From Candidatus Oxydemutatoraceae bacterium (lineage in GTDB: Bacteria > Pseudomonadota > Gammaproteobacteria > Poriferisulfidales > Oxydemutatoraceae): 64,000 nt of DNA. The stretch covers positions 1,344,001 to 1,408,000 of the forward strand of contig CBDCOZ010000003.1 in NCBI GenBank assembly GCA_965220085.1. Reading direction: 5' to 3'. Under the pieces are notes generated by a model. That model made no database searches, had not been told where the DNA came from, and saw only the letters and a list, made by a program, of their open reading frames with translations. Of this stretch, positions 12,601-27,600 are shown in pieces. The first letter of the stretch is position 1, and each line of letters opens with the position of its first letter. The position numbers were made by a program, and so were the translations under genes.

Positions 12601-15600
12601 TGGCAAAACCCTTGCCGTCAAAAGTCGCATCGAAGGCGTCGCCGTCATCGCCGATCGGCGGCCAGCCGGCGCCGCGCGTCCACGCCCCGCTGTCGGTCGC
12701 CGCCATATAGCGCGCGGGATCGTCAAAATCCAAATCGGTGATCAATTCATAGCCGACACACCCCGCCGGACAACCCATCGTCACCGCCGGGTCGGGGAAG
12801 GCCGCGGCATACGCCTCCCTATCCTCCGCCGCCACCGCGCCGTCGCCGTTCAAGTCGTAACGCACGGCGTCCAGTTGCTCCAGGGCGCTCACATCTATCA
12901 GGCCGTCGTCGTCGAGGTCATAATCTCGCGGCGCGGTCGAGTGCGCCGCGCTGCGGCTCGCCTCGCCGCCATTGATCACCGCCGCCACATGGTAGGTGTT
13001 GTCGCTCTCGCCCGGGTCGGCATCGGCATAACTCGTATCGACAACGCCGGTTTGCAACAAGGTCGCGCCGATCGACGTAGTCGAGCGATAGATCGCATAC
13101 GCGATGTCCGGCGGGTTTGTCGTCCAGTGCGAGACGTCGGGCGCGTCCCAAGTCAGCGTCCGCTCGGAGACGGTCGGCGCGACGCGCAAGTTCTGCGGGC
13201 CTTGGCGCAACTGCCAGCCGAATTCCTGCCAACTCACCATGCCGTTGCCGTCGAAGTCCGCCTTCAGCGCCGGGTATTCGTCGCTGTCGCCAAAGTCCCA
13301 ATAGTCGGTCGGGTTGCCGGCGACATCGTCCGCGTTCCAGGTCGCGTAGATGCCGCCGTAGCCGGTCGGCGCTTGCAACGCGGCGGTGGCAAACCCGCTG
13401 ATGCCGCCGACCGCGTTGTCGTTGGCCTCGCCGACCGCCTCGCTCAGACCCGAGGTCTGCGTATCCCAAACCACCGCGCCGAAGGCGAGGTCGCCATTCG
13501 CTTCTCCCAGCGCGCCGCCGGCGACACCCGCGGCCTGCGCCGCGGAATAACCGAGTTGCGCCGTGGAATAGGCATAGCGCAAGCGCGCGGAGGCGTCGGC
13601 CTCGCCAATCAGACCGCCGACGTTTTCGCTCGGAGACGCCGCCGGTCGGCGCTTGACAAATCCGGTCGCGTAGACGTGCTCTATGGCAGAGCCGCTTCCG
13701 CTCAAACTGCCGACCAGACCGCCGCCGCGGGTTGCGTCCGTCGCGCCGCTGGCGTAAGCGCGGCGGATCGAACCGCCGGTCTGCCGGCCGACCAGAGGGC
13801 CCATCGCTTGCTCGCCGCTAACCATCGCCGCCGACCAGACTTGATCGACCAGCCCGCCTTGCAGGCTGCCGGCCAAGCCGCCGCCCGCCGAGCGCGCGGC
13901 GACCGCGCCGGTGACGCCGACATTCATGATCAACGCGCCGGCAGCGACCCTGCCGAACAAGCCCTGATTAGCGGAATCGCCGCGATTGACATAGAGGTTG
14001 TACACCGCATTGCCGTTGCCATTGAAGGTCGCCGCAAACGCGCTCTCGCTATCGCCGATCGGCGTCCAGCCTTCTTCTTCGTCGCCGTCGGCGGGGTTGA
14101 TGACCCACGCATGGGTCGCGGTATCGCCGCCCGCGTAGTCGTTCGGGTCGTTGAAATCCAAATCGCGCATCAATTCATAGCCGATGCAATTGCCGCAACC
14201 CGTCGCATTCGGGAAGGCTTCGTTGTAACGCGCAAAGTCATCGCCCGTCACGATGCCGTCGCCGTTCGGGTCATAGCGCACCGCGGCCAGTTGTTCCAGA
14301 TTGGCGATGTCTATCAGGCCGTCGTCGTCGCTGTCGTAATCGACCAGTCCGGCGAGGGTCAGCGTCGGCGTGCGCACGGCCTCGCCGCCGTTGATCACCG
14401 CCGCCACGCCGTAGGCATAGCGGCTGCCCGAGGCCACGCCTCTGTCGTCGTACTCGACAACGGTCATGCCCTCGCTCAGTATCTCGCCGTCGCGATACAC
14501 CGCATACGTAATCGGCGGCGTATCGCTCCACGCCACCGTCAGCGGCGCCACCCACCGCAACTTGCGCGCGGAGAAATCGCCGGCGAGCGCGAAACCGGTC
14601 GGCGCGGTGCGCAGTTGCCAGCCGAATTCCTCCCAACTGACTTCGCCGTCGCCGTCAAAATCAACTTGCAACGCCGGGTATTGATTGGCCACGCCGAAGT
14701 CCCAGTAATCGGTCGCGGCGCCGGCGGCATCGTTCGCATTCCAGGCGGCGTAGATGCCGACATATCCCCCGGGCGCTTGCAGTTCGCTCGTCGTCCGCGC
14801 GCTGACGCCGGCGACGACGACGCCGGCGCTGCCGGCGCTCGCCCGGTTCGTCGTCTCGGTATCCCAAACCGCCGCCTCGAAGCTACCGCCGCCGCCGGCG
14901 CCGAACAGACCGCCGCCGCCGGTCACCAAGCCCGTCGCATACGCATAGCGCAGGTTCGCGTCGCCGCCGCCGAACAGACCGCCGCCGTCGGCGACCGCGC
15001 CGGTCGCATAGACATGCTCCAGCGTCGCCGCGTCGGCGCCGCCGACCAGACCGCCGCCGCCGGATGCGGCCGATACCGCGCCGGTCGCATAACTCGCGCG
15101 CACCGCGCCGGCGGCGACATAACCCGCCAACGCGCCGACATGCGCGCCGCCCGACGCCGACACCGTTGAATACGATCGCTCTATCACGCCGCCGTTCAGG
15201 CTGCCGGCGATGCCGCCGATGCGGTCGTTGTCCGCGCCCGCTGTGATGGTACCGGAAACACTCAAGCGCGACACCGAAGCGCCGCTGCCGATAGCGGCAA
15301 ACAGCCCTTGGTTATCGTTGCCGTCGTCGGTGCGCTTGATATACAGATTGGCTATCCTATGCCCGTTGCCGTCGAAGGTCGCCGCGTAGGGATCGCCGGC
15401 GCTGCCGATCGGCGGCCACCCCGCGCCGTCCTCGCCCTCGCTCCAGCCCTCGTCCGCGGCGCCGGCGTAGCTGTCGGCATCGTCAAAGTCCAAATCGCGC
15501 GTCAATTCATAGCCGGCGCACACAGCGTTCGGGCAGCCCATGCCGGTCGCGGCATGGGGATAGGCCAGCGCGTGCGCCGCCGCCGTCGCCTTGCCGTCGC

Positions 15601-18600
15601 CGTTTAGGTCATGGCGCACCGCGTCCAACTGCCGCAGGTTGGCGATGTCTATCAGGCCGTCGTCATCCATATCGTAATCGACCGCCGGCGCCGATTCGCA
15701 GACGCTGCGCGATGCCTCGCCGCCGACGATCACCGCCGCTACGTGATAGACATGGGTCGCCTGCGCATCGGTTTCCGCGTCGACATAACGCAAGCCGGCG
15801 CTGTCGCTCTCGCTCAGATCGGCCAACAATAGGCCGTCGCGATAGATGCGGTAGGTCACCGGCGGCGGGTTGCTCCATGCCGGCGGCATACTCGGCGCGC
15901 GCCACGTCAGCGTCCGCTCGCCCTCTTCGTTTGCGACCGTCAGGTCGCGCGGGCCTTCGCGCAGTTGATAGCCGAACTCCTCCCAACTGGCGCTGCCGTT
16001 GTCGTTGAAATCGGTCTTCAGCGCCGGGTATTGGCCGGCGCCGCCGAAGTCCCAGTAGTCGCCGCCTTCGTTCCAGTCGGCGTAGATGCCGGCGTAGCCG
16101 GTCGGCGCTTGCAACCCGGCGCTCGTCGCGCTCGTCGGCCCGACCGTCTCGGCGACGGTTTGAATGTCGCCGTAGGCCGCGGTGGCGACCGCGGAGGTGT
16201 CGGTATCCCAATAGACCGCGTCAAACACGGTGGTTTGATTGCTGTTGTAGCCGGCGATACCGCCGCGCTCGGCAGCGCCCGGCGCGATCTGCGCGGTCGC
16301 GTAGGCGTAGCGGAGCGTCGACGTTCCGACCCAGCCGATCAGACCGCCGGCGCGCTCATTGCCGTCGGCGCCCATGTAACCGGTCGCATACGCGTGCTCG
16401 ACAACGATGCCGTCCTGCAGCGCGCCGGTTATGCCGCCGAGTTCCTTGTCCGCCGATGCGGCGCCGGTCGTGTAAACGCGCCGCACCGCGCCGCCGCCGG
16501 TCAGCCACCCCGCCAACGGCGCGGCGCGGATCGTCCCGCCGTCCGCCGATACCGCCGAATAGACATCTTTTATCGTCGTCCCCAAGGTCTTGCCGACCAA
16601 GCCGCCGGTGTCGTGGCCCGCCGTCACCGAACCGGTGACGCCGAGATTGGAGATCGTCGCATTGCCGGTCTCGCCAAACAGCCCCTGAATATTGCCATTG
16701 CGCTCGATATGCAGGTTATAGATCGTATGCCCCCTGCCGTTGAAGATGCCGGAAAATCGTGTCGCGGGCGCGCCCAACGGCGGCCAACCTTCGCCCTCTT
16801 CGGCGCGGCTCCAGCCATGGACTCCGGCATCGCCGCCGGCATAACTCGCATCCTCGTCAAAGTCCAGATCGCGCGTCAGTTCATAGCCGACGCAACCGGC
16901 GGGACAACCCATGTCCGCCGCCCGCGCCGGAAACGCCGCTTCGTAGTCCGGCGCGCCCGCCATCATGCCGTCGCCGTCCAAGTCGCGGCGGATCGCATCG
17001 AGTTGTTCCAGCCATGCGATCTCTATCAGGCCGTCGTCGTCGGTATCGTAATCGATCGTCGCCGCCGCCGTCGGCGAGTGGCTGCGGCTCGCCTCGCCGC
17101 CGTAGACGACGGCGGCCACGTGATAGGCCGAGGTCTCGCCGTCGCTCAAATCGGCATCGACATAACTCCGTTGCGACAGCTCCGCGGCATCGGCCAAGAG
17201 CGCGCCGCGGCGATACACCGTGTAGCGCAACGGCGGCGGCGGATTCCACGCCGACACATCCGGCGCGTCCCAAGTCAATCTGCGGTTGGTCTCGCCGGCG
17301 ATGGCGAACGCCGGCGGGCCTTGCCGCAGTTGATAGCCGAACTCTTGCCATGTCGCCTCGCCGTCGCCGTTGAAATCCGTCCGCAACGCCGGGTACTCGT
17401 TCGGGCCGCCGAAGTCCCAACTCGCCGCCGACACATCCCAGTCGGCGTAGATGCCGCGGTAGGCCGTCGGCGTCTGCAACTCAGCGCTCGTGCGGCCGGT
17501 CACGCCGCTCAACGTACCGCTGCCGATGGCGTCGCTCTTGGCCGAAGTCTGGGTGTCCCAATACGCCGCTGTCGCGGCGGCGGAAGCTTCGACATGACCG
17601 CCAAAGCCGCCGCTCTCTGTCGCGCTCGGATTGATCAGACCCGTCGCATAGCCATAGCGCACCGTCACGTTGCCCAGGTTGCCAATCAAACCGCCGCCGC
17701 GATATTCGCTGCCGTCGCGCGTCGTGTTGATGTAGCCGGTCGCGTAGACATGTTCCACCGTGCCGCCCTCCAGGAAGTGGATGTCGCGCCCGAGCACGCC
17801 GCCGCCTTGCGAGTTCGCATAGACATTGCCGGTCGCGTAACTGCGGCTGACGGTCGAAGCGCTTGAGGCATAGCCGACCAAAGAGCCGATATGCGCCCGG
17901 CCCTCCGCCGACACCGCCGACCAACTGTTCTCCAGCGTACTCTCCAAATGCTGACCGATCAGACCGGCGATATTGTTACGGTCGCCGCCGTCGATGGCGC
18001 CGGTGACGCCGATATTGCGGATACTGGCGCCGCTGACCGTGCCGAACAGACCCTGAGCTATCCGCTCGCGGTCGATATACAGGTTGTGGATCGTGTGACC
18101 GTTGCCGTCAAAGGTCGCCGTGTAACCATTGTCACCCTCGCCCTCTCTATTCTGGCCATCTCTCACGGCCGGGTCGCCGATCGGCAACCAGCCCTCTTCG
18201 TCGTCGCCATCGTCGGGGTCCAGCGTCCACACGGTGATCGCGGTCGTGTCGGCAAAGAGGTAACTCGTCAGGTCCTCAAAGTCCAGATCGCGCGTCAGTT
18301 CATAGCCGACGCAACCGGCGGGACAACCCATGTCCGCCGCCCGCGCGGGGAAAGCCGCGTCATAGGTCGGCGAATTCGCGTTCGTCGGCATGCCGTTGCC
18401 GTCCAAGTCGCCGGTCACCGCGCCGAGTTGTTCCAGATACGCGATCTCTATCAGGCCGTCGTCGTCGGTATCGTAGTCGATCTCGGGCTGCGTCCAGACG
18501 GCTCCGGCGCTGATGCGCCCGCCGCCGTGGCGCGCGATTACCGCGCCGATGTGATAGCGGTACTCGGCGCCCGCGTCGGTCTTTAGACGCTCGTCGTCGC

Positions 18601-21600
18601 GATAGCGCAACTCGGCGAGGTCTTCGGCCAGCAAGAAGCCGTCGCGATAGACGTTATAGCGCAGGTCGGATGCCGACAGTGCGCGCGCCGGCTCGCCGTC
18701 CCAGTGCGAGACATCGGGCGCGCTCCACGTGATCTCACGCGCGTCGATATCGCCCGCGACCGTCACGTTGGCCGGCGCGTCGCGCAACTGATAGCCAAAC
18801 TCCTGCCAACTCACGATGCCGTCGTTGTTGAAGTCAATCTTGAGCGCCGGGTACTGCGCGATCGTGCCGAAGTCCCAGTCGTCGCTTGCACCCTCTTCGT
18901 TCCAGTCGGCATAGATGCTCTCATACGTCGTCGGCGCGCGCAAGATATCGCTTGCTTGCTCGCCGCTGGAGACGACCTCGTCGGCGCTGCCGTCGCCGAT
19001 CAAGGGGACATCCGGCAGGACGCGCTCGCTATCGGCATAGACAGCGTTGATGTCAAAGTCGGGCGTAACACGGACCTGTCCCGCCAGACTGCCGACGCGA
19101 CCGACCGGGGATTGCGCCAGCGTCGATACATAGCCATAGCGGAGTCGGATGGTCCTGGCCCCTCTGCCCACGTCCCCTATGACACCGCCCGCGGCTGCGG
19201 GAAGATCGGTAGCGGGAACGCCCGAGAGCATCGCGCCGGTCGCGTAGACGTGCTCTATGGTCGCATCGGTTTCAGGAATGCTCGCAGTGCCGCCGGCATT
19301 GCCGGCGATGCCGCCGACATGGCCGATGCTGGCGGATACGTTGCCGCTCGCATAACTCGTTCGCACTACGCTGTCAACGTTCATCAGATGAACAAGACCG
19401 CCCACAGCAAAATCATCATCATCCGCCAGTATCGTTGCGGCGGAATAAGTATTCATCAACGTGCTTCTTACCACGTCAGTAACCACACTTGCCGAATATC
19501 GCACCGAGCCGAGAACGCCGACATTCGTCACGCTTGCGTCGCTCGCTCCGAAAATTAATGAGGCGACACTGCGCATGAACACGGTATGACCGTTGCCATC
19601 GAAGGTCGCGGTGAGGTAGCCGTTGATGCCCGGCCACGCCGCCGCCCAGACGGGGTTGACGACGCCGCTGCCATAACTCGCCGCATCGGTGAAGTCCAGA
19701 TCGCGCGTCAGTTCATAGCCGGCGCAACCGCCGGCGGGGCACATATCATCGGCCGGGAACGGGAACGCCGCGCGGTAATCGTCCGCGTTATCCGCCTCCG
19801 GTTCGCCGTCGCCGTCAACATCCCAGCGGATCGCGTCGAGTTGCTCGACCGTGGCGATCTCTATCAGGCCGTTGTCGTCGCTGTCGTAGTCAAAGCGGTC
19901 GCTCACGCGCCAGACGGCGACGCTGCGGCTTGGCTCGCCGCCCTCGATTACCGCCGCGACGGTATAGGTGTGGCGCTTATCGTCCGCAACACCCGTATCG
20001 GTATAGCGCGCAGCGCTCAGCGACTCTGCCAGCAGCGTTTCTACCCTGTCGACGACCTCCTCCTGGGTATTGGTATCAATCACTGTCTCAATGCTTGAAC
20101 GATAGACGTTGTAGGTGAGTGCCGGCGGGTCATCCCAGTGCGAAGTGTCGGGTGCGTCCCAGCGCAGTTCGCGCGCCGCGAGGTCGCCGCTCACGCGCAG
20201 GTCGCGCGGGCCTTCGCGCAGTTGCCAGCCGAATTCCTGCCAAGTGGCCGTGCCGTCGTTGTTCGTATCGACCTTCAGCGCCGGGTATTGGCTGGCGTTG
20301 CCGAAGTCCCAGTAGTCGCTGCCGTCGTCGTCCCAACTCGCATAGATACCGCTATAGCCGGTCGGCACGGCGAGCGCCAAAGTCGTCGCGCCGGCGATGC
20401 CGGTGACGGCGTGGGTGGTGTCATCGCCGAAGGCGGCGGCGATGCCGGCGGTCTCGGTATTCCAGTAGACCGCGGTCGCCGCCAGCGTGTCGAAGGCGCT
20501 TCCGATGACGGCGCCGCCGCTGTCGTCGTTGATGCGCGCGGTGGTATAGGCATAGCGCAACGTCGCGGCATCGTCAAAATATATGCCGATCAAACCGCCG
20601 CCGCTGTCATTAATGTTGTTATAGCCGGTCGCATAGACGTGCTCGGTCGGCGCACAGGCAGCGCCGGCGAGCGCGCCATCTCTAACAATTGAAATGGTGT
20701 CGTCCGGATGATCGCGCAAACGGCCGGTGGCATAGCTCGCGCGCAGGGCGCCGCCGGCGCTGCTACAAGCGCCGATGAGGCTGCCGCTGACCTGACCGAC
20801 AGCCGCCGACACCGACGACCAACTGCCTTCCACCGTGCCGCCGGCATTCAGCTCAGCGACCAGACCGCTCCCCCATTGCTTGTCAATCAACTCGCCGGTG
20901 ATGCCAACATTGCGCACGATACCGCCGTCGCCAACCTTCCCGAACAAACCAAAAGCCGAGTGACCGCTTCTGGCGTTATAGTAATTGCGCAGCGTATGAC
21001 CGTTGCCGTCAAATATCGCCGTGAAACCATCGCCTGTGTCTCTTCCGATTGCCGGCCAACCTTCGCCGAGACCCGCGTTATTGAACCAAGGCGTCGCGCC
21101 GCTCTGCGCAGTCGGCACCCACATTTCGGTGGCAGTGCTGCCGATGTAATAGCTGTCGGCAGCGTTGAAATCCAGATCGCGCGTCAACTCATAGCCGGCG
21201 CAACCGCTATCGGGGCAACCCATGCCGTCAATCGCCGGGAACATAAAGACGTAAGTCGCCGCGCTCGTTTCCGGGATGCCGTCGCCGTCCAAATCAAAAT
21301 CTATCGCGCGCAGTTGATCGAGGTTGCTCACTTCTATCAGGCCATCGTCGTCCAGATCAAAGTCGCGCAAGCCCGATGTCACCGCCGGCGCGCGCGCCGC
21401 TTCGCCGCCCTCGACGACCGCCGCCACGTGATAGCGATGCGTGATCGTCGGTATCGCGCCGTTATCGGCATACGTCGTGTCGGTCAGACCGCTGCGCAAC
21501 AACACCGTATCCGGCGCGTCCGGCAAGCGCGTGTGGGGATGGCGGTAGATGTTGTAAGTGACCGTCGGCGGATTGTCCCAGTGCGAGGTGTCGGGGGCGT

Positions 21601-24600
21601 CCCAGCGCAGTGTGCGCGACGGGCCGGTACCGCTCGCTGTCAGATTCTGCGGCGGCTCGCGCAACTGATAGCCGAACTCCTGCCAGCTCGCGATGCCGTC
21701 GTTGTTGAAATCCACCTTCAGCGCGGGGTATTGTTGCGCGGTGCCGAAGTCCCAGTAGTCGGTCGGGTTGCCATTGGCATCGTCTGCGTCCCAGTCGGCG
21801 TAGATGCCGACGTAACCCTGAGGCCCTTGTAATTCGGCGGTGGTATGGCCGCTGATATTGGTCGCCGCCGAGTTTGTATCGGCGTGACCGACCGCCGCGG
21901 TCGTGCCGCTGGCATCCGTGTCCCAATAGACGGCGGTGAATGTATCATTCACGCTATTAGAACCGATGACACCGCCGCGCTCTGTCGTCGCCGGTTCCAG
22001 AAAGGCGGTGGAATAGGCGTATTTGAGTGTGCCCTCACCAAAATAACCAAGCAGACCGCCGGCACGGCGCATATCGCCGCCGTGCGTACCGTCAACTTGA
22101 CCGGTCGCATAGACGTGCTCTACCGCAGGCAGGCTGGCTATATTGTTCATCGCACCGATCAGACCGCCGGCATACTGACCCGCGCGCGCGCGACCAGTCG
22201 CATAACTCGTATATATGCCGCCGCCACCCATATCGGCGACCAGCGAACCCGCAGAAGCCGCGGCGGTTGCCGCCACTGACGACCAGCTATTTTCTACGCG
22301 ACCGCCCGCCAGACGGGTGACCACACCCGCAGCCTGATTTTCATCCACGACTTCCACCGAACCGGTGACGCCGAGGTTTTTCACCGTACCGGTAACATAA
22401 CCGAACAGCCCCCTGTCCGCGACAGTGTCGCGTATATATAGATTCGCGACCGTATGACCGTTGCCGTCAAAGGTTGTAGCAAAGCGGTTGCTAGCGCTGC
22501 CAATCGTAGCCCAGCCTATGGTATTCGGGTCCGAGTTGCGGCCCCAATCTTCGTCATCAACACCGTCGGCATAGCTGCTTGCATCATCAAAATCCAAGTC
22601 GCGCATCAACTCGTAGCCGCTGCAACCCGTAGACGGGCAACCCATGCCGGTGGCGGCGGACGGGAAGGCGGCGGCGTACTCCGCTTGTCGCTCGGCGGAC
22701 ACATTGCTCACATCGCCGTCGCCGTTTATATCGTATCTGACCGCAGCGAGTTGCTCCAGATTGCTGATTTCTATCAGGCCGTCGTCGTCGCTATCGTAAT
22801 CGCCGGCGGTTAGCGTCACAGCAGCGACACCGCTGCCGTATTCGTGACCGTCTATCAATACCGCCACGCGGTAACTGCGGCTGGCGTTGAGGTTGGCGGC
22901 GGTATCAATATACGCCGGCGTCTCAAGCCCTGTCGCTATCTGCGTGCCGTCGCGGTAGACCGCATAGCGCAATTCCGGTGCCGGCGTCCAGTGTGTCGTC
23001 ACCGGCGCGTTCCATGTCAATAGATTGCCGTTTGCCAGCGTCGGCGCCAACGGATCGCGCAGTTGATAGCCGAACTCTTCCCAGCTCACCGTGCTGTCAC
23101 CGTTGAAATCAACCTGCAATGCGGGGTATTGTTCGGCGGTGCCGAAGTCCCAATAGTCGGTCGCGTTACCGGCGGCATCGTTGGCATCCCAGTCGGCGTA
23201 GATGCCGCCATAGGCGGTCGGCGTCTGTAGCTCGGCGGTGGTCTTGCCGGCGACGGAGCGCAGCGTCGCGCTGCCGGCGTCGCCAAAGCCGCTCGCCGCG
23301 CCGGTCGCCTGCGTATCCCAGTACAGCGCGGTGAGATTGCCGCCGCTCGCGACATCGCCGATGAGACCGCCGGCGCTGGCAGCGGCAAGCGGGGCCGCGA
23401 CATAGCCGTAGCGTACTGTCGCCGCGGCGCCCAGCGCACCGATGAGACCGCCGCCGGCGGCGGCAGCCGACACATAGCCCGCCGCGTAACTGTGCTCGAT
23501 GACATCCGACGCGGCGGCGCTCGCGCCGATGAGGCCGCCGACCGCATCGGCGCCGACGACGGCGGCGACGGCATACGCCGCGCGCCATGTGACATCGTCG
23601 GCGTTGCCGACGGCGCCGCCGATCGTATCACCGCCGCGCACCGAACCGGCGACATAGACATTGTCAAGCGTCGCCTTGCTGACAAACGCGGCGAGCAGAC
23701 CGACGCCGTTGCTGCCGCGCACCGCGCCGGTGATGCCGATGTTTTTGATCTCTAGTTGTTCGCCGTTGATCTCTGCGAACAGCCCTTGGCGGTCGCTGTT
23801 CGGGCGGTTGATATAGAGGTTGCGTATCGCGCGACCGTTGCCGTCAAGGTCGCCGGCGTAGACGCCGCTCGGGTCTATCGGCGTCCAGCCTTCGCCTTCA
23901 ATCCACGCCGGATCAACGCGACCGGCGGCATAGTCCGCCGGGTCGTCGAAGTTCAGATCGTTTGACAATTCGTAGCCGTCGCAACCGCCGCCGCCGCAAC
24001 CCATGCCGCTCGCCGCGTTCGGGAACGCCGCGGCATACGCCGCCGCGTCGTTGCTCGCCGGTTCGCCGTTGGCGTCGAGGTCCCAGCGCATCGCGTTGAG
24101 TTGCTCCAAGTTGGCGATCTCTATCAGGCCGTCGTCGTCGCTGTCGTAATCGGTCGTCGGGTAGGCAATCGCTGCGCCGCGCGTCACTTCGCCGCCGTAA
24201 ATCACCGCCGCCACGCGATAGACATTGATGCCGTTGCTCGGGGCGCTGTCGGTATAGGTCGTCGCGGTCAAACCTTCCGCCAGCAGGGTGACATCGCTCG
24301 CGGCGGCGGCGGTTGCGCGGTAGACGTTGTAAGTGATCGTCGGCGGGTCGTCCGGCCAGTGCGACGTCACGGGTACTGTCCAGCTCAATACTTTTGATGA
24401 GCCGGAATCGCTGACGCTGACCGTCGGCGCTTCGCGCAGTTGATAGCCGAACTCTTGCCAGGTGGCGCTGCCCTTGTTGTCAAAGTTTGTTTTCAGCGCC
24501 GGGTATTGGCTGGCGCTGCCGAAATCCCAGTAGTCGCTGGCGCCGCCTTCGTTCCAGTCGGCGTAGATGCCGCTATAGCCGGTCGGGGCTTGCAGTTCGG

Positions 24601-27600
24601 CGGCGGTCTGCCCGGCGATGCCGGCGGCGGCGCCGGCGGTCTGGTTGGACACCGCGACATCCCAATACAGCGCGGTGTAGTCGGAGTCGGGGCGTTGTTT
24701 ACCGACGACACCGCCGAGAGTACCAAGACCGCCGGGGGCGATCGCGACCAGCGCGGTCGCATAACCGTAGCGCAGGGTATTGCGCTCGCCGTAGTCTTGA
24801 TGACCGACCTGGCCAATCAGACCGCCGGCGTCACCGGCCTCCTCCAAATAACCGCTGGCATAGACATGTTGTACCGTCGCCCCGCCCCGGATCATCCCGA
24901 GCAAACCGCCGACCCGTGAGTCGGTCGTTGCGGTGCCAAGCGCGTTACCGGTCGCATAGCTCGTCGCAAGCGAAGCGTTCGTCACTCTGCCAATCAAACT
25001 GCCGGATATAGAGTCGGAGTCCGCCGTCACCGCCGACCACAGATTGCGCGCGGTAGCACCGTCCGCTACCTCGCCGGCCACCCCTCCCGTTACATTAGCA
25101 AGACTTTCGGCATCGCCGGTGATGCCGAGATTGGAGATTGCGGCAGCGGCACCGGTAACGGCGCCGAACAGACCGATTTCCAGCGGGGAGGATACGATTA
25201 GAATAAGGTTTTTAATCGTATGACCGTTGCCGTCAAAGACCGCGCGGAAGCCGTCGTTGTCGGGCAGCGTACCGCCGATTGGAAGCCACCCGTCTGCACC
25301 CACTGCGGATGTCCACTGCGTATTGACACTGCCGCTGGCATAGCTTGCGGCGGCGGTAAAGTCCAAGTCGTTCATCAACTCATAGCCGCGGCAACCGTCG
25401 GCGGGACAACCCATGCCCGATGTGGCGGCGGGGAAAGCGGCGGCGTACGCCGTTATATACGACGGCTCCTCGCCGCCGAGGTTGCTGTCCACCGCGCCGA
25501 TGCCGTAGGGGTCGTAGCGGATGGCATTCAGTTGTTCCAGTGTCGTAATCTCTATCAGGCCGTCGTCATCGGTATCGTAGTCGGTGCCCGAGACCACGAC
25601 ATCCCGGTATACCTCGCCACTGTCCACCCGCACCGAGACGTGATAGATATAGGCGGCAGCGGCAACGGTGGAAGGCAGTACGTCGGTGTAACTTGTCGTC
25701 GTCAGGCCCTCGGCCAGCAGGCTGATCTCGGCGCCGGTCGATGCCATGCGGTAGATGTCATAGGTCACGGGCGGTTGCGGCGACCAGTGCGAGACGTCAG
25801 GCGCGCCCCAACTCAGCGTGTGATCGTTGCCGGCGCCGGCAACGATCGCGACATCGGCCGGGGGGACGCGCAACTGATAACCGAATTCTTGCCACGTGGC
25901 GCCGCCGATGCCGTTGAAGTCGACTTTCAGCGCCGGGTATTGATTCGCCGTGCCGAAGTCCCAGTAGTCGCCGCCATGGTTCCAGTCGGCGTAGATGCCG
26001 GCGTAGCCGGTCGGCGCTTGCAACGCGGCGCTGGTCAGGCCGCTCGCGCCGGCGGTCGTCTCATCGCCGCCGATGCCTTTGTTGCGACCGGTCGTCTCGG
26101 TGTCCCAGTAGACGTCGGCGAGAGCGACATGGGCGGCGGTGATCGGGCCGATGACGCCGCCGCTGTCGGCGACGCCGATGACGACTTCGCCGAGACCGTA
26201 GGCGTAGCGCAACGTCGCGAAATGTTCCGTCGTCGTCACGCCCGCAGGCAGGCGGGCAAAGCCGACGAGCGAACCGGCGAACATGCCGGCGTCGCCGAGC
26301 GCGCCGGCGACGCCGGTCGCATCGACGCGGCCGGTCGCATAGACGCGCTCCAAGACGCCGTCGCCGTCCTTGATGTCGATCTGACCGACCAGACCGCCGG
26401 CGCGGCTGTTGGCAAATACGCTGCCGCTGGCATAACTGGCGCGGATGCGCCCGCCGCTGTCGATATCGCCGACCAAACCGCCGACCGCAATGCCGGCGCG
26501 GAGCGACACCGCCGCCCAACTGTTCTCAATCACGGCATCCTCGCCGCCCATCTGGGTCGCGATGCCGCCGCTCCTGCCGGTCGCCGCGATCGAGCCGGTG
26601 ACGCCGAGGTTGCGCACTATCGCGCCGGGGTCCAGGCCGCCAAACAGCGCCTGATCGGCGTTGGCGGCGTCGGCGGCGGGATTGTTGATGTAGAGGTTCT
26701 TGATCACATGACCGTTGCCTTCAAAGGTCGTTCTCAGATCGCCCGGAGCCGGCCAACCGGCGCCGGTCGTCCACGTCGTCTTGGAACTGGCATCGGCGTA
26801 GTCGGCATCGTCGTCAAAGTCCAGATCGCGCGTCAGTTCGTAGCCGCGACACTGCGCGTACGGGCAGCCCATGCCGGGGGCGGCGGCGGGAAAAGCGGCG
26901 GCATATTGCGCCGCGTCCCGCGCCAGCGGCGCGCCTTCGCCGTTAAAATCCCAGCGCACGGCGTGGAGTTGTTGCAATGTCGCGATCTCTATCAGGCCGT
27001 CGTCGTCGCTGTCATAATCGTTGCCCGATTGCGCCGCGCTGCGATGCGCTTCGCCGCTGTCTATGCGCACGGCGACCTCGTAGACGTAACCGCTGTCGGC
27101 GGCGGCGGTGTTATCGGTATAACTCGTCGCCGTGTAATCTTCGGCCAGCAGGCTGACTTGGGTGCCGGTGGGTCTCTCGGTTATGCGGTAGACATCATAA
27201 GCGACCGGCGGCGGCGGCGACCAGTGCGAGACATCGGGCGCGCCCCAGCTCAGCGTCCGCTCGTTGCCGGCGCCGGCGACCGTGACATCGGCCGGGGCGG
27301 CGCGCAGTTGATAGCCGAATTCCTGCCAACTCGGATCCGTATCGGGGTCACCGTCAAAATCAACCTTCAAGGCAGGGTACTGTGCCGCGGTGCCGAAATC
27401 CCAGTAGTCGCTGGCGCCGCCCTCGTCCCAGTCGGCGTAGATGCCGGCATAACCGTCGGGCGCTTGCAGCGCGGCGGTCGGCAGGCCGATGATGGCGGGC
27501 GCGGGCGCGGTAGCGGCGCCGTTCTCGCGACCGGTGGTCTCGCGATCCCAGTACAGCGCCGCCAATGCGCGCGCGACGGGGAGTCTTGCGATCAGGCCGG